DNA of 64,000 nucleotides from Duncaniella sp. (GCA_029061025.1 JAIDSW010000251.1:241-64240); one strand, 5' to 3'; shown: positions 1 to 9,004, counted from the first letter of the stretch. The notes: generated by a model from the letters alone, not told the origin. Made by a program: numbers and translations.

Positions 1-112
1 TTTTTCGGGAATTTTAATTAATTTTGATGCGGTTGTTAACGCAACAATCTTGCCCTCATAATTGTTACCTTAATAACTAATACAACGATTTCAACTAAAA
101 AAATCTACAATT

Positions 113-355
113 ATGGCATCAGATCCCAAATCCACCGGTACACCCCGTACAATGAACTACATCTTCGGTATCATCATGATAGTCGTCTATCTCGCTATGG
201 GCGTCCTCTTCTTCTGCGGTTTCTTCGATCCCCTCTACGGCAGCTGGACATGGATGCGCTGGGCAGGCGGCGGTCTGTTTGTAGCATATGGCATCTGGAG
301 AGCTTATCGCCAGTTCTCAGGCATGGATGTTAAAACCGGCGACGACCAATACTGA
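113..355 (+). CDS. Small two-TM membrane protein, function unknown
   Basis: 80-aa ORF with two hydrophobic segments; 8 bp upstream of the PstS-like gene. Confidence 0.75.
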   Translation: MASDPKSTGTPRTMNYIFGIIMIVVYLAMGVLFFCGFFDPLYGSWTWMRWAGGGLFVAYGIWRAYRQFSGMDVKTGDDQY

Positions 356-363
356 TACTTCCT

Positions 364-1338
364 ATGAGACATCTCCTTACCACAATCTCGCTAGCAGCGG
401 CTGCCGCAGTAGCGCTGCTCGCCACCGGTTGCGCCAAGTATGGCGACAAGAAGCCCCAGCCTATCGCCAAGATAGCCTGCGACGCATCTTTTGAAAACAT
501 TCTCCAGCAGGAGATCGACGTGTATGAATATATCTACCCTAAGGAGGACGTGATAGCCTACTACGTGGATGAAAATTCAGCCGTCGACTCCCTCATGGCC
601 ATGACCGGCATACGCACCGCCGTGATCACCCGCATGCTCACCCAGCAGGAGCTTGATTATCTGCGCAGCCACCGCAACACGGTATATCAGAAAAAGATTG
701 CCGTCGACGCCGTTGCCGTGATTGTCAACCCCGAGAACCCCGTGGAAATCCTCTCCAAGGAGGAGCTTGCCGAAATTCTCTCGGGTAAATACACCCGCTG
801 GGATCAGATCGAGCCCACCAAGCTCGGCGATATCAACGTGATATTTGACCATCAGGGCTCGTCGGTAGTCAACTATATGCGCGACTCGGTGATGAACGGT
901 CAGCCATTCGGCCCCAACGTCTTCGCCCAGAAAAGCAACTCCGAGGTATTCAACACCGTGGCCAAAAACAAAAATGCCATAGGTATAATAGGTGTAAGCT
1001 GGATCACCAGCGACATGCGCGCCCGCAACGCCTCGATCGAAGAACTCGTGGAGGCATCGCAGGCATCCGACACCACCCGCCTCGACTTCAGCGCCGACGT
1101 GAAGGTGCTCAAGATACGCGGCAACGGCGAAGTGACCGCCTACCGCCCCTATCAGGCCAACATATTTGACGGCTCATATCCCCTCCACCGCTCGGTCTAC
1201 ATGATCACCACCGGCACCGGAGGCACCACAGCCCACCGATTCTTCAGCTTCGTCACCGGATTCCAGGGACAGAAAATCATTCAGATGACAGGTATCCTCC
1301 CCGCCACAGTGCGCCCGAGGATGGTGGAAGTGGAGTGA
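364..1338 (+). CDS. PstS-like phosphate-binding (PBP superfamily) lipoprotein
   Basis: Lipobox LATGC; IAVDAVAVIVNPENP and YPLHRSVY motifs typical of the PstS/PBP_like_2 family; followed by a TPR gene as in Bacteroidales. Confidence 0.85.
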   Translation: MRHLLTTISLAAAAAVALLATGCAKYGDKKPQPIAKIACDASFENILQQEIDVYEYIYPKEDVIAYYVDENSAVDSLMAMTGIRTAVITRMLTQQELDYLRSHRNTVYQKKIAVDAVAVIVNPENPVEILSKEELAEILSGKYTRWDQIEPTKLGDINVIFDHQGSSVVNYMRDSVMNGQPFGPNVFAQKSNSEVFNTVAKNKNAIGIIGVSWITSDMRARNASIEELVEASQASDTTRLDFSADVKVLKIRGNGEVTAYRPYQANIFDGSYPLHRSVYMITTGTGGTTAHRFFSFVTGFQGQKIIQMTGILPATVRPRMVEVE

Positions 1339-1381
1339 CACGCTTATATGCAGCATAACTCTTACCCGTGACTTATATTCA

Positions 1382-1410
1382 CCCGGGGTGGCAATAAACA
1401 CCGCCCCGGG
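1382..1410. repeat. GC-rich intergenic hairpin (cccggggtgg...ccgccccggg), REP-like or mRNA-stabilising
   Basis: Imperfect inverted repeat resembling the ccccgggtg...cacccgggg hairpins at 3371, 3623 and 15363. Confidence 0.5.
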
Positions 1411-1481
1411 CACGTTTGCCTAAAAAATATACTCTGATTATAATCTAAACAACCATTACAATAGAAAAAACATTCCAAGCA

Positions 1482-3116
1482 ATGAAACTGAAACATTTCC
1501 TTTCCTTCGTGCTGGGTGGCGTCGCCATCTCGGCCGCAGCGCAGGGTGGCTATCAGGACGGCGTCGACTACTATAACGCCGACCGTTTCGAGCAGGCCAA
1601 GATCATCCTCGACAACACGCTCAACGATCCCGCCACCAACAAGGCCGTTTCCTATTACTACCTCGGCTGCATCGACGTGCAGAACAATGACTTCGCCGGT
1701 GCATCCGATAACTTCAACAAGGGTCTCGAAGCCGATGTCACCTATCCCATGAACTACGTAGGACTCGGCGAGCTCGCACTGCGCAACGGCAACAAGCGCG
1801 GAGCTGAAGACCTCTTCAAGGACGCCCTCAAATATGGCAAGAAAGACGCCCGCGTGTCCACCGCCATCGCCCGCGCCTATTTCAACGCCGACCCCGTAGC
1901 CTACGCCAAGGAAATCAATAACAACGTACAGAAAGCCCTCAAGGACTCCAAGAACAAGGAAGCCGCCGTATACGTGCTTCAGGGCGACATGGCCAAGAGC
2001 ACCAATATCGGTCAGGCTGCCGGCTACTACGAGCAGGCTATGATCTACGACGAGGAAGCAGGCCGCATCAACCCCGAGGCTTACGTGAAATACGCCAACC
2101 TCTACAACAAGGTTAACCCCAAGTTTGCGATCGACAAGCTCAAGGAACTCAACGCCAAGCTCCCCACCTCGGCTCTCGCCCAGCGTGAGCTCGCCGAAAA
2201 ATACTACGACGGCGGCCAGTTCACCCCCGCTGCAGAGCAGTATGGCAAATATATGGCCAACCCCAACCACTTCCAGCAGGATGAGCAGCGCTACTCAGGC
2301 CTCCTCTTCTACGGCAAAAAGTATCCCGAATCACTCGAAATCGCCAACAAGGTGCTTGCCAAAGACCCCGACAACGTATACATGCAGCGCATGGTAATGC
2401 TCAACAAGGCTGCCCTCGAAGACTACAACGGTGCTTACGACGCAGCCCAGAAGCTCTTTGCCCACACCGGCGCAACCTTTACCACCAACGACTACGGCAC
2501 CTATGGTGACGTGCTCGCAGCCCTCGGCAAGCCCGAAGAGGCCATCGTAGCCTACACAAGCGCATTTGAGATCAACCCCGAGAAAAACAAAGACTACCTC
2601 GCAAAGATCTCTTCGATGTATACCGACGCTGAAAACTACGAGAAAGCAGCCGAATACATGCAGAAATTCGTTGACCTCGGCGACGCTTCGCTCAACGACT
2701 ACTTCATCCTCTCCAACCGCTACCGCAACCTCGCCCTCTCTCAGGAAGAAGGCTCGGAGGAACGCAAGCAGAGCGCCATCAACGGTATCAAATACGTTGA
2801 CCTCGCCCTCGAGAACGCCGCCAACAAAGGCCCGCTCTACCGCAACCGCGCCACCCTCCTCATGGTACGCGACGGCGCCACTGAAATCTCGCCCGAACTC
2901 GTAGAGACCTACACCGCCATGCTCGATTCTTACAATGAGGATCCCGAAGCTAAGACCAAGTATGCCGACGCCTACAAATCGGCCTACAACGCCATCGCTT
3001 CCTACTACCTCCAGCAGGGCGACAAACCCAAAGCCGTGGAATACTATCAGCTCTTCCTTGAGCTCGACCCCGAAAACCAGGGCCTCCGCGACTACATCGA
3101 AAAACTCAGCAAGTAA
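1482..3116 (+). CDS. Secreted/periplasmic tetratricopeptide repeat protein
   Basis: Signal peptide; many TPR-like helices (YYYLGCI, AVEYYQLFLELDPEN); strong GC3 codon bias. Confidence 0.9.
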   Translation: MKLKHFLSFVLGGVAISAAAQGGYQDGVDYYNADRFEQAKIILDNTLNDPATNKAVSYYYLGCIDVQNNDFAGASDNFNKGLEADVTYPMNYVGLGELALRNGNKRGAEDLFKDALKYGKKDARVSTAIARAYFNADPVAYAKEINNNVQKALKDSKNKEAAVYVLQGDMAKSTNIGQAAGYYEQAMIYDEEAGRINPEAYVKYANLYNKVNPKFAIDKLKELNAKLPTSALAQRELAEKYYDGGQFTPAAEQYGKYMANPNHFQQDEQRYSGLLFYGKKYPESLEIANKVLAKDPDNVYMQRMVMLNKAALEDYNGAYDAAQKLFAHTGATFTTNDYGTYGDVLAALGKPEEAIVAYTSAFEINPEKNKDYLAKISSMYTDAENYEKAAEYMQKFVDLGDASLNDYFILSNRYRNLALSQEEGSEERKQSAINGIKYVDLALENAANKGPLYRNRATLLMVRDGATEISPELVETYTAMLDSYNEDPEAKTKYADAYKSAYNAIASYYLQQGDKPKAVEYYQLFLELDPENQGLRDYIEKLSK

Positions 3117-3137
3117 TCTTTACTGACACCCCTTCTC

Positions 3138-3182
3138 GCGACCCGCGCCCCCCTCCGGAGGAGCGGGTCGCTGCCGCTTTCT
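3138..3182 (+). terminator. Probable intrinsic terminator of the TPR gene
   Basis: gcgacccgc...gcgggtcgc stem about 20 bp after the stop, with a weak T tail. Confidence 0.55.
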
Positions 3183-3235
3183 AATGGAGATAATTGGGAA
3201 TGGAGAATGGAGAATTCAAAATAGGTGGTGATTCA

Positions 3236-3793
3236 TATATGGAGCGGGGATCGCTGACCCCCGCCGCTGTGACTACGGCGGGGAAATATCTGACAAATCC
3301 AGAGGGAAAATACTAAAAGACAAACGATAACCACCATCAAAACGCCGCGGAGCGGCAGTCATCTGTTCAACCCCGGGTGCTCGCCACCCGGGGTAAAGCA
3401 AACTAATGTGATTCAACCCTGGAGGGGTTACACAGTAGAGGGCACATTGTTCAACCCCATCCGGGGTTGAATCGTCATGTTTTGCCTACCACGGGCCACA
3501 AGGGCCCGCGGTTTGTCAGATGTCAACCCCTCCGGGGTGGTTTACACCTTTTTCTCACCGATTCACCGCCGTTGTCGCGGCGGCGGTGAAATAACGCCAC
3601 GGAGTGGCAGTCATCTGTTCAACCCCGGGTGCTCGCCACCCGGGGGAAATATAATGCCTGACTGTCAACCCCGGACGGGGTTGAACATTTCGCATCGCCA
3701 CTGTGCAACCCCTCCGGGGTGGTTTACACCTTTCTCTCACCGATTCACCGCCGTTGTCGCGGCGGCGGGGGTCAGCGACCCCCGCTCCATATA
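3236..3793. mobile_element. Composite non-autonomous REPIN/MITE-like element
   Basis: 46-bp terminal inverted repeats (3236-3281 / 3748-3793, 4 mismatches), each containing a GGAG-footed hairpin; inside are three-hairpin units at 3341-3434, 3448-3540 (inverted) and 3593-3688, and a direct repeat 3524-3586 / 3706-3768. Confidence 0.75.
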
Positions 3794-3840
3794 CGCCCCC
3801 GCTGCGAAGGCGAAAAGTGTCTTTTTGCAGTTAAAAAGCG

Positions 3841-3890
3841 TTAAATACATTAAATTCTTATCGAAGTATGGCAAAATTGCTATAACTTTG
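3841..3890 (+). promoter_or_regulatory. Bacteroidetes sigma-A promoter (-7 TAACTTTG at 3883-3890)
   Basis: Matches TAnnTTTG; the upstream ~45 bp is similar to the promoter at 5414-5462. Confidence 0.7.
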
Positions 3891-3950
3891 CCCGAAATTC
3901 TTTAAGATTCTTAGAAAACAATAATTAATAACTTAATATTCCAATCAGGT

Positions 3951-5267
3951 ATGAAGAAATTCTACACCCTTCTTTCCGTAGCTCTCGCAGGTACCATGAT
4001 GGTATCGGCAGCCACTCGCGTGAGTGAAGTCAAGAATGCCAATTTAGAAGCCAAGCAGCTCAATGACCTTAAGACATTCTCTACTGAAAAAGTAGAAGTT
4101 GTAAAGAAAGCTCAGGCTTATAAAGCTCCCGCTAAAGCTGAGGCCGTTGCCGCCGAAGATCTCAACGGCGAATATATCTTCAAGGCTTACGCCCGCAACT
4201 TTGATTATGATAAAAATGATCCCAACAGTCTTCCCAGTTCTTATTGGATGAACGAATCTGTTCCCTACTTTGAGATTGCCGAAGACAATTCAGTATACAT
4301 CGAAAACTTTTGGTATGATAACGTACTCGCCGGTGTATACGATCCCGCAGCAGGAACCATCACAATTCCTCGCACACAGACTTTCCCCGTCAACACCCAG
4401 TCCGGTCCTGTAGAAACTTGTGTCTATGTGATAAACATGGATACCATGACTGCCTCAGATCTCGTGCTCAAAGTTGACGCCGAAAAGCGTATGCTCTATT
4501 GGGAGCCCGCTGTAGGAGCTGACAACTTCTATGATGAAACTCTTCTCTTTGGTGCACCCACTTATAATGGAAGTAATATTTTCGACCAGATGTTTGACTG
4601 CAACCTCAATATGATCAACTGCGTTGGCTACTCTTGGGTTACCGACGACAACGGTGAGTTCATCCTCGGTCAAGATGGTCAGCCTGCATCATATCCTTAC
4701 TACAGCTACGCTACTGTAGATCACGCAGCCGGCACTCTTACTATAGACAACTTCCTCGATTTTAATCCGTTTGTAGGCGAAGGAGGATCATTCGGCACTC
4801 CTATCGTTTTCAATATCGATAAGGAAGCTCAGGCTGTTACAGCAACAAATCAGAATATCCCCTTCCAGATTTCAGCTTCCGAAACTCTTCCTTTCGTTCT
4901 TAATGGAATCGATTTAGAGAACGAAGAGTTTGTACTTACTGATGAATTCATGATGATGGGTGACGAGCAGGCTCTTGAATCAGGGGCAATCGTTACCGAC
5001 TTACAGAATATCGGTGTTGGGGCTGCTCTATATGCTGAATATAATGGTAGAACCATAGGTATGGAATATTTCATGGTAGAATACATCATCTTCGATGCCG
5101 TATTCACCGGCAACGATGATGCAGGTATCGCCGATGTAGTTGTTGACAACAACGAAAACGCTCCCGTTGAATACTTCAACCTTCAGGGCGTGCGCGTTGA
5201 GAATCCCGCAGCCGGTCTCTACATCCGTCGTCAGGGCAACAAGTCAACCAAAGTTCTCGTGAAGTAA
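3951..5267 (+). CDS. T9SS-secreted protein (signal peptide, beta-rich core, C-terminal T9SS sorting domain)
   Basis: MKKFYT signal peptide; C-terminus GIADVVVDNNENAPVEYFNLQGVRVENPAAGLYIRRQGNKSTKVLVK; more AT-rich than the core genes. Confidence 0.85.
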   Translation: MKKFYTLLSVALAGTMMVSAATRVSEVKNANLEAKQLNDLKTFSTEKVEVVKKAQAYKAPAKAEAVAAEDLNGEYIFKAYARNFDYDKNDPNSLPSSYWMNESVPYFEIAEDNSVYIENFWYDNVLAGVYDPAAGTITIPRTQTFPVNTQSGPVETCVYVINMDTMTASDLVLKVDAEKRMLYWEPAVGADNFYDETLLFGAPTYNGSNIFDQMFDCNLNMINCVGYSWVTDDNGEFILGQDGQPASYPYYSYATVDHAAGTLTIDNFLDFNPFVGEGGSFGTPIVFNIDKEAQAVTATNQNIPFQISASETLPFVLNGIDLENEEFVLTDEFMMMGDEQALESGAIVTDLQNIGVGAALYAEYNGRTIGMEYFMVEYIIFDAVFTGNDDAGIADVVVDNNENAPVEYFNLQGVRVENPAAGLYIRRQGNKSTKVLVK

Positions 5268-5392
5268 TCAATCTCCACTTCATACTTTCCCCGAAGGGCG
5301 CGGCATCACCGCGCCCTTCGAATTTTTTACCACCATCGAAAAGTTTCCCCATACGGGCTCTGTTATGAAACATTGCCTCTCCGCTTAAAGCG
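5115..5392 (+). repeat. Copy 1 of the duplicated T9SS tail, terminator and downstream block
   Basis: 5115-5267 vs 6607-6759: 12 differences in 153 nt; similarity continues through the terminator and resumes at atgaaaca.tgcctct..gcttaaagcg. Confidence 0.9.
5292..5328 (+). terminator. Intrinsic terminator (12-bp stem, loop CATCA)
   Basis: cgaagggcgcgg-catca-ccgcgcccttcg followed by aatttttt. Confidence 0.85.
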
Positions 5393-5413
5393 CGATAAAG
5401 TCGTTAAAAGGTA

Positions 5414-5462
5414 TTAAATACTTGAATAATCATCGAAATATGGCGAAATTGACCTAACTTTG
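5414..5462 (+). promoter_or_regulatory. Sigma-A promoter (-7 TAACTTTG at 5455-5462), paralogous to 3841-3890
   Basis: ttaaatac...atcgaa.tatggc.aaattg...taactttg is shared by both promoters. Confidence 0.7.
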
Positions 5463-5511
5463 TGAAAAGATAAGATGAATCCAAGAAAACATTAATTATC
5501 CCTTTTCAGCC

Positions 5512-6759
5512 ATGAAGAAGTTCTACACCGTTATCCTCTCCTGCGCAGTTGCCTTCGGGGCTTTTGCTCAAGCTCCTTTTACAGCGAAATTTGACAAGAC
5601 CGATCTGTTCGGCGACATCAATGACCGTATCACGAACGCCGGAGAGCAACCGTTACTCAAGCCCGTAGATGCTCCGGCTCTAAACGAGACTTCGGAATGG
5701 CCTGATATAGCCGGCACTTATCTTTTCCACGGATATTACGAAGGCAAAAACCACATGCCGGCCGACGGATATGTATCTACTTTTGAGATAACAGCTCCCG
5801 ATGCCGAGGGCAATGTGCTGATCAAGAATCTTTTTGCCAATTTCTTCGGTGCTCCCACCAATGATCTGAAAGCCACGCTGACTAAAGAGTATGCTGAAAA
5901 TATGGAAATAGCGATGCTCTCGATAGAGCCGAATCAGGAGCTCATCACGATCGACGGCACGACGTATTACATGCTTCTCTACGGCCCTTATGCTTCGTCG
6001 GGAGCATGGAATATTTATGAAAAAGCTGTGGAATTCTTCGTATTGCCCGGATATATGTCGGCCCGATATTCCTCGCAGGGAGTGTTTTTGGGATCGAAGG
6101 TTTCCGGCGGAGGCTGGAGCGGCACCACGTTTATAGGCGATAGCAACGACGGCGTGAGTGTCTACGACTCCAACACCACCATGACAGCCGACCGCTATAC
6201 GTCAAACGATGAAAGCGCGCCGGTGGAATACGCTATGTATTCGATCTACAATCAGGAATACAATATAGTATTTACACTTAACTTCGGAGGTTCGGGCGAA
6301 ATAATTCCCTGGGAGATTAACGCTACCGATAAAAAGGCTCAGGCCGTCGACGCCCGCGCCGGTTCGGTAACCCTGAAATTTCCGCAGAACACTGAAAACG
6401 GTTATGTCCCGGCCGGCACATATTCTTACTATGTAGTCAACGATCAGGACGACAAGCACACCTATGCCAACGCGACTCTCTCGAAAGACCCCACCACTGA
6501 AAACACCGACATTAATTTGGAGTCGGTAATGTTCTACTCATCGCGCCTCGGCTGGATTGAGAAATTTGGCAACGTGGTGGTGAAATTGCCGTTTGACGTC
6601 CTCGGTGATGATGCAGGTATCGATGATGTAGTTGTTGACAACAACGAAAACGCTCCCGTTGAATACTTCAACCTCCAGGGCGTGCGCGTAGAGAATCCCG
6701 CAGCCGGCCTCTACATCCGCCGTCAGGGCAACAAGACGGCCAAAGTGATTGTGAAGTAA
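5512..6759 (+). CDS. T9SS-secreted protein, divergent paralog of 3951-5267
   Basis: MKKFYT signal peptide; near-identical 50-aa C-terminal sorting domain; only patchy similarity in the core. Confidence 0.85.
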   Translation: MKKFYTVILSCAVAFGAFAQAPFTAKFDKTDLFGDINDRITNAGEQPLLKPVDAPALNETSEWPDIAGTYLFHGYYEGKNHMPADGYVSTFEITAPDAEGNVLIKNLFANFFGAPTNDLKATLTKEYAENMEIAMLSIEPNQELITIDGTTYYMLLYGPYASSGAWNIYEKAVEFFVLPGYMSARYSSQGVFLGSKVSGGGWSGTTFIGDSNDGVSVYDSNTTMTADRYTSNDESAPVEYAMYSIYNQEYNIVFTLNFGGSGEIIPWEINATDKKAQAVDARAGSVTLKFPQNTENGYVPAGTYSYYVVNDQDDKHTYANATLSKDPTTENTDINLESVMFYSSRLGWIEKFGNVVVKLPFDVLGDDAGIDDVVVDNNENAPVEYFNLQGVRVENPAAGLYIRRQGNKTAKVIVK

Positions 6760-6842
6760 TCAATCTCCACTTCATATTTATCTCCGAAGGGCGCGGTGAT
6801 GCCGCGCCCTTCGCATTTTTTCAACCATCAAAAATTTCCCCA
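6607..6842 (+). repeat. Copy 2 of the duplicated T9SS tail and terminator
   Basis: Aligns with 5115-5351 at an offset of about 1492. Confidence 0.9.
6785..6821 (+). terminator. Intrinsic terminator (same 12-bp stem, loop TGATG)
   Basis: cgaagggcgcgg-tgatg-ccgcgcccttcg followed by catttttt. Confidence 0.85.
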
Positions 6843-6850
6843 CAAACCTT

Positions 6851-6997
6851 GTAGGGGCGCTCCTCAGGAGCGCCCGGCTGAGCGAAAAGGTAATTTTCAT
6901 CCCCTGACGGCCGCACACCATCCGCGCACCATCCGCGCACCATCCGCGCACCATCCGCGCACCATCCGCCGCCGGGCGCTCCATGGAGCGCCCCTAC
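6851..6997. mobile_element. GTAG-family REP doublet (REPIN-like)
   Basis: gtaggggcgctcctcaggagcgcccgg (6851-6877) and inverted ccgggcgctccatggagcgcccctac (6972-6997). Confidence 0.8.
6916..6969 (+). repeat. 11-bp tandem repeat (caccatccgcg) x5
   Basis: Four perfect units plus one 10-bp unit inside the REP doublet. Confidence 0.95.
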
Positions 6998-7069
6998 AGG
7001 CGACCGTCATGAAACAATGCCTCTCTGCTTAAAGCGTGGCATCAACGCGCAATTCGTTATTCATTTCCA

Positions 7070-7215
7070 CATCACTAAATTTCCACAACGCCCCTGTAGG
7101 GGCGCTACAAAGGAGCGCCCGGCTGAGCGAAAAGGTAATTTTCATCCCCTGACGGCCGCGCACCATCCACCGCCGCAGGCGACCGTCATGAATCTATGCC
7201 TCTCAGCTTAAAAGT
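7070..7215 (+). repeat. Truncated second copy of the 6826-7036 REP module
   Basis: Same left REP (gtaggggcgct...agcgcccgg at 7096), same linker and same right flank; one tandem unit and no right REP. Confidence 0.85.
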
Positions 7216-7339
7216 GATTGCCCGGCCGAAACATTCGGGGGGATTTGATTGTTTTGAAGATAGATTTTTATTTACTTTGCAGTCGTTTCAACGTTTCAAG
7301 AGGGACTGCGATTTCATCAATTCTAAAATTTACGAAATC

Positions 7340-9004
7340 ATGCAACCGGACAATCTCCTTCAGATATATAGCGCCTCGTTCAGAAAAAACTGGGAGCTTC
7401 CCGCAATTACCGACTACAGCTCGGGCGACACGATGACTTACTCTGACCTCGCCCGCCGCATAGCCGCCACCCACCTGATGTTTAAGGAATCAGGTGTTAA
7501 GCCGGGCGACAAAATCGCCCTCATGGGCAAGAACAGTATCTCATGGATCGTGGTCTACATGGCCACGATAACCTACGGCGCTGTAATTGTGCCCGTATTG
7601 GCGGAATTTAACGTGCAGGATGCGCAGCACATCATAAATCACTCGGGATCGAAACTGCTCTTTATATCGGAGAGCATCTTTGAGCATATGTATTTCGATT
7701 CGATACCGAAGGTCAAGGCCGTGTTGTCGCTCGAAAAGCGCGCGGTGCTTGCCGAGCATCCGGCCAACAACCATAAATTTGAAAACTTCCTCAAGCGCAT
7801 GCCCGAACGCATGAAGAAGACCTATCCGGGCGGTTTCACCGCGGCCGACGTATCATATCCCGTGCTGCCGCGCGAGTCGCTCGCCGAGATTAACTATACC
7901 TCGGGCACCACGGGGTTCTCAAAGGGTGTGATGCTTACGCTCAACAATCTCAGCGGCAACGTGACATTCGGCATCGACTCGCGGCTCCATTACCGCGGCT
8001 CGCGCTGCTTGTGTTTCCTACCGCTGGCGCACGCCTACGGATGCGCGTTTGACATGCTCGTGCCGCTTGCCGTGGGCACCCACATCACGGTGCTGGGCAA
8101 GCTGCCTACACCCAAACTGCTGCTGAAGGCTTTCAGCGAAGTGCGCCCCAATCTTGTCATCACCGTGCCCCTGATTCTCGAGAAGATTTACCGCAACAAG
8201 ATTCTTCCCGTCATCAAGAAGCCATCAATGCGTCGACTCATGGCTATCCCGGGACTCAACCGCATCGTCTACCGCAAGATTTGCAACCAGCTTGTGGAAG
8301 CATTCGGCGGTGAATTTGAGGAAGTGATAGTGGGCGGCGCGCCTCTTAACCACGAGGTTGAGGAATTTCTGCATAAGATCAAGTTTCCTTTCACGGTGGG
8401 ATACGGCATGACCGAGTGCGGCCCGCTGATAAGCTATACCCCCTGGCGCGAGTTTGAAGTTGGCTCATCGGGGCGCACGCTCCCGTGCATGGAGAGCAAG
8501 ATCGACAGTGTTGATCCCGAGCGCGTGCCGGGCGAGATATGCGTGCGCGGGCAGAATGTGATGCGCGGATACTACCGTAATCCCGAGGCTACGGAAGCCG
8601 TGCTCGATGCCGAAGGGTGGCTTCACACGGGCGATATGGGCACACGCACCCCCGACGGCACCATTTTCATCCGCGGTCGCAGCAAGACTATGATACTCAC
8701 CGCTACGGGGCAGAATATCTATCCCGAGGAAATCGAGGCAAAGCTCAACAATATGCCTTTCGTGGCTGAAAGTCTCGTGGTGGAGCGCGGCAACAATCTG
8801 GTGGCTCTCGTGTATCCCGACTACGAGGAAGTGGACCGCAACGGACTGACCAACGCACAGCTGCCCAAACTCATGGAAGGCGTGCTCACCGAGCTCAACA
8901 AGCTCGTGGCTCCCTACGAGAAAATCGACCATATACAGCTTATAGCCAACGAATTTGAAAAGACTCCGAAACGCTCCATAAAGCGCTATCTTTACAATGC
9001 CTGA
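7340..9004 (+). CDS. fadD: Long-chain fatty acid--CoA ligase
   Basis: YTSGTTGFSKG AMP-binding motif, GYGMTE, GWLHTGD; start set at MQPDNLL because the ORF extension to 7196 runs through repeat and promoter DNA. Confidence 0.9.
   Translation: MQPDNLLQIYSASFRKNWELPAITDYSSGDTMTYSDLARRIAATHLMFKESGVKPGDKIALMGKNSISWIVVYMATITYGAVIVPVLAEFNVQDAQHIINHSGSKLLFISESIFEHMYFDSIPKVKAVLSLEKRAVLAEHPANNHKFENFLKRMPERMKKTYPGGFTAADVSYPVLPRESLAEINYTSGTTGFSKGVMLTLNNLSGNVTFGIDSRLHYRGSRCLCFLPLAHAYGCAFDMLVPLAVGTHITVLGKLPTPKLLLKAFSEVRPNLVITVPLILEKIYRNKILPVIKKPSMRRLMAIPGLNRIVYRKICNQLVEAFGGEFEEVIVGGAPLNHEVEEFLHKIKFPFTVGYGMTECGPLISYTPWREFEVGSSGRTLPCMESKIDSVDPERVPGEICVRGQNVMRGYYRNPEATEAVLDAEGWLHTGDMGTRTPDGTIFIRGRSKTMILTATGQNIYPEEIEAKLNNMPFVAESLVVERGNNLVALVYPDYEEVDRNGLTNAQLPKLMEGVLTELNKLVAPYEKIDHIQLIANEFEKTPKRSIKRYLYNA

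Noticed and set aside
1362-2270. 302-aa antisense ORF over the TPR gene, and similar long antisense ORFs at 33179-34612, 44651-45784, 57890-58834 and 62363-63727
   Set aside because: They shadow well-supported genes, have no motifs and an odd composition, and are expected from strong GC3 codon bias.
3183-3216. Short aatggag heptamer run
   Set aside because: Only about three imperfect units; too short to assign a function.
3477-3905. 142-aa ORF, and the small ORFs at 6778-7211
   Set aside because: They lie within palindromic repeat or promoter DNA; the translations simply mirror the repeats.
5115-6759. Diversity-generating retroelement (TR/VR pair) or invertase shufflon
   Set aside because: Differences between the repeats are not adenine-specific, both copies are coding and co-oriented, and no reverse transcriptase or recombinase is in the window.
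7196-7339. N-terminal extension of fadD, and ORF-track extensions of porU, exbD, mscS and lpxH
   Set aside because: They overlap repeats, promoters or neighbouring genes; family-like sequence begins at the downstream ATG.
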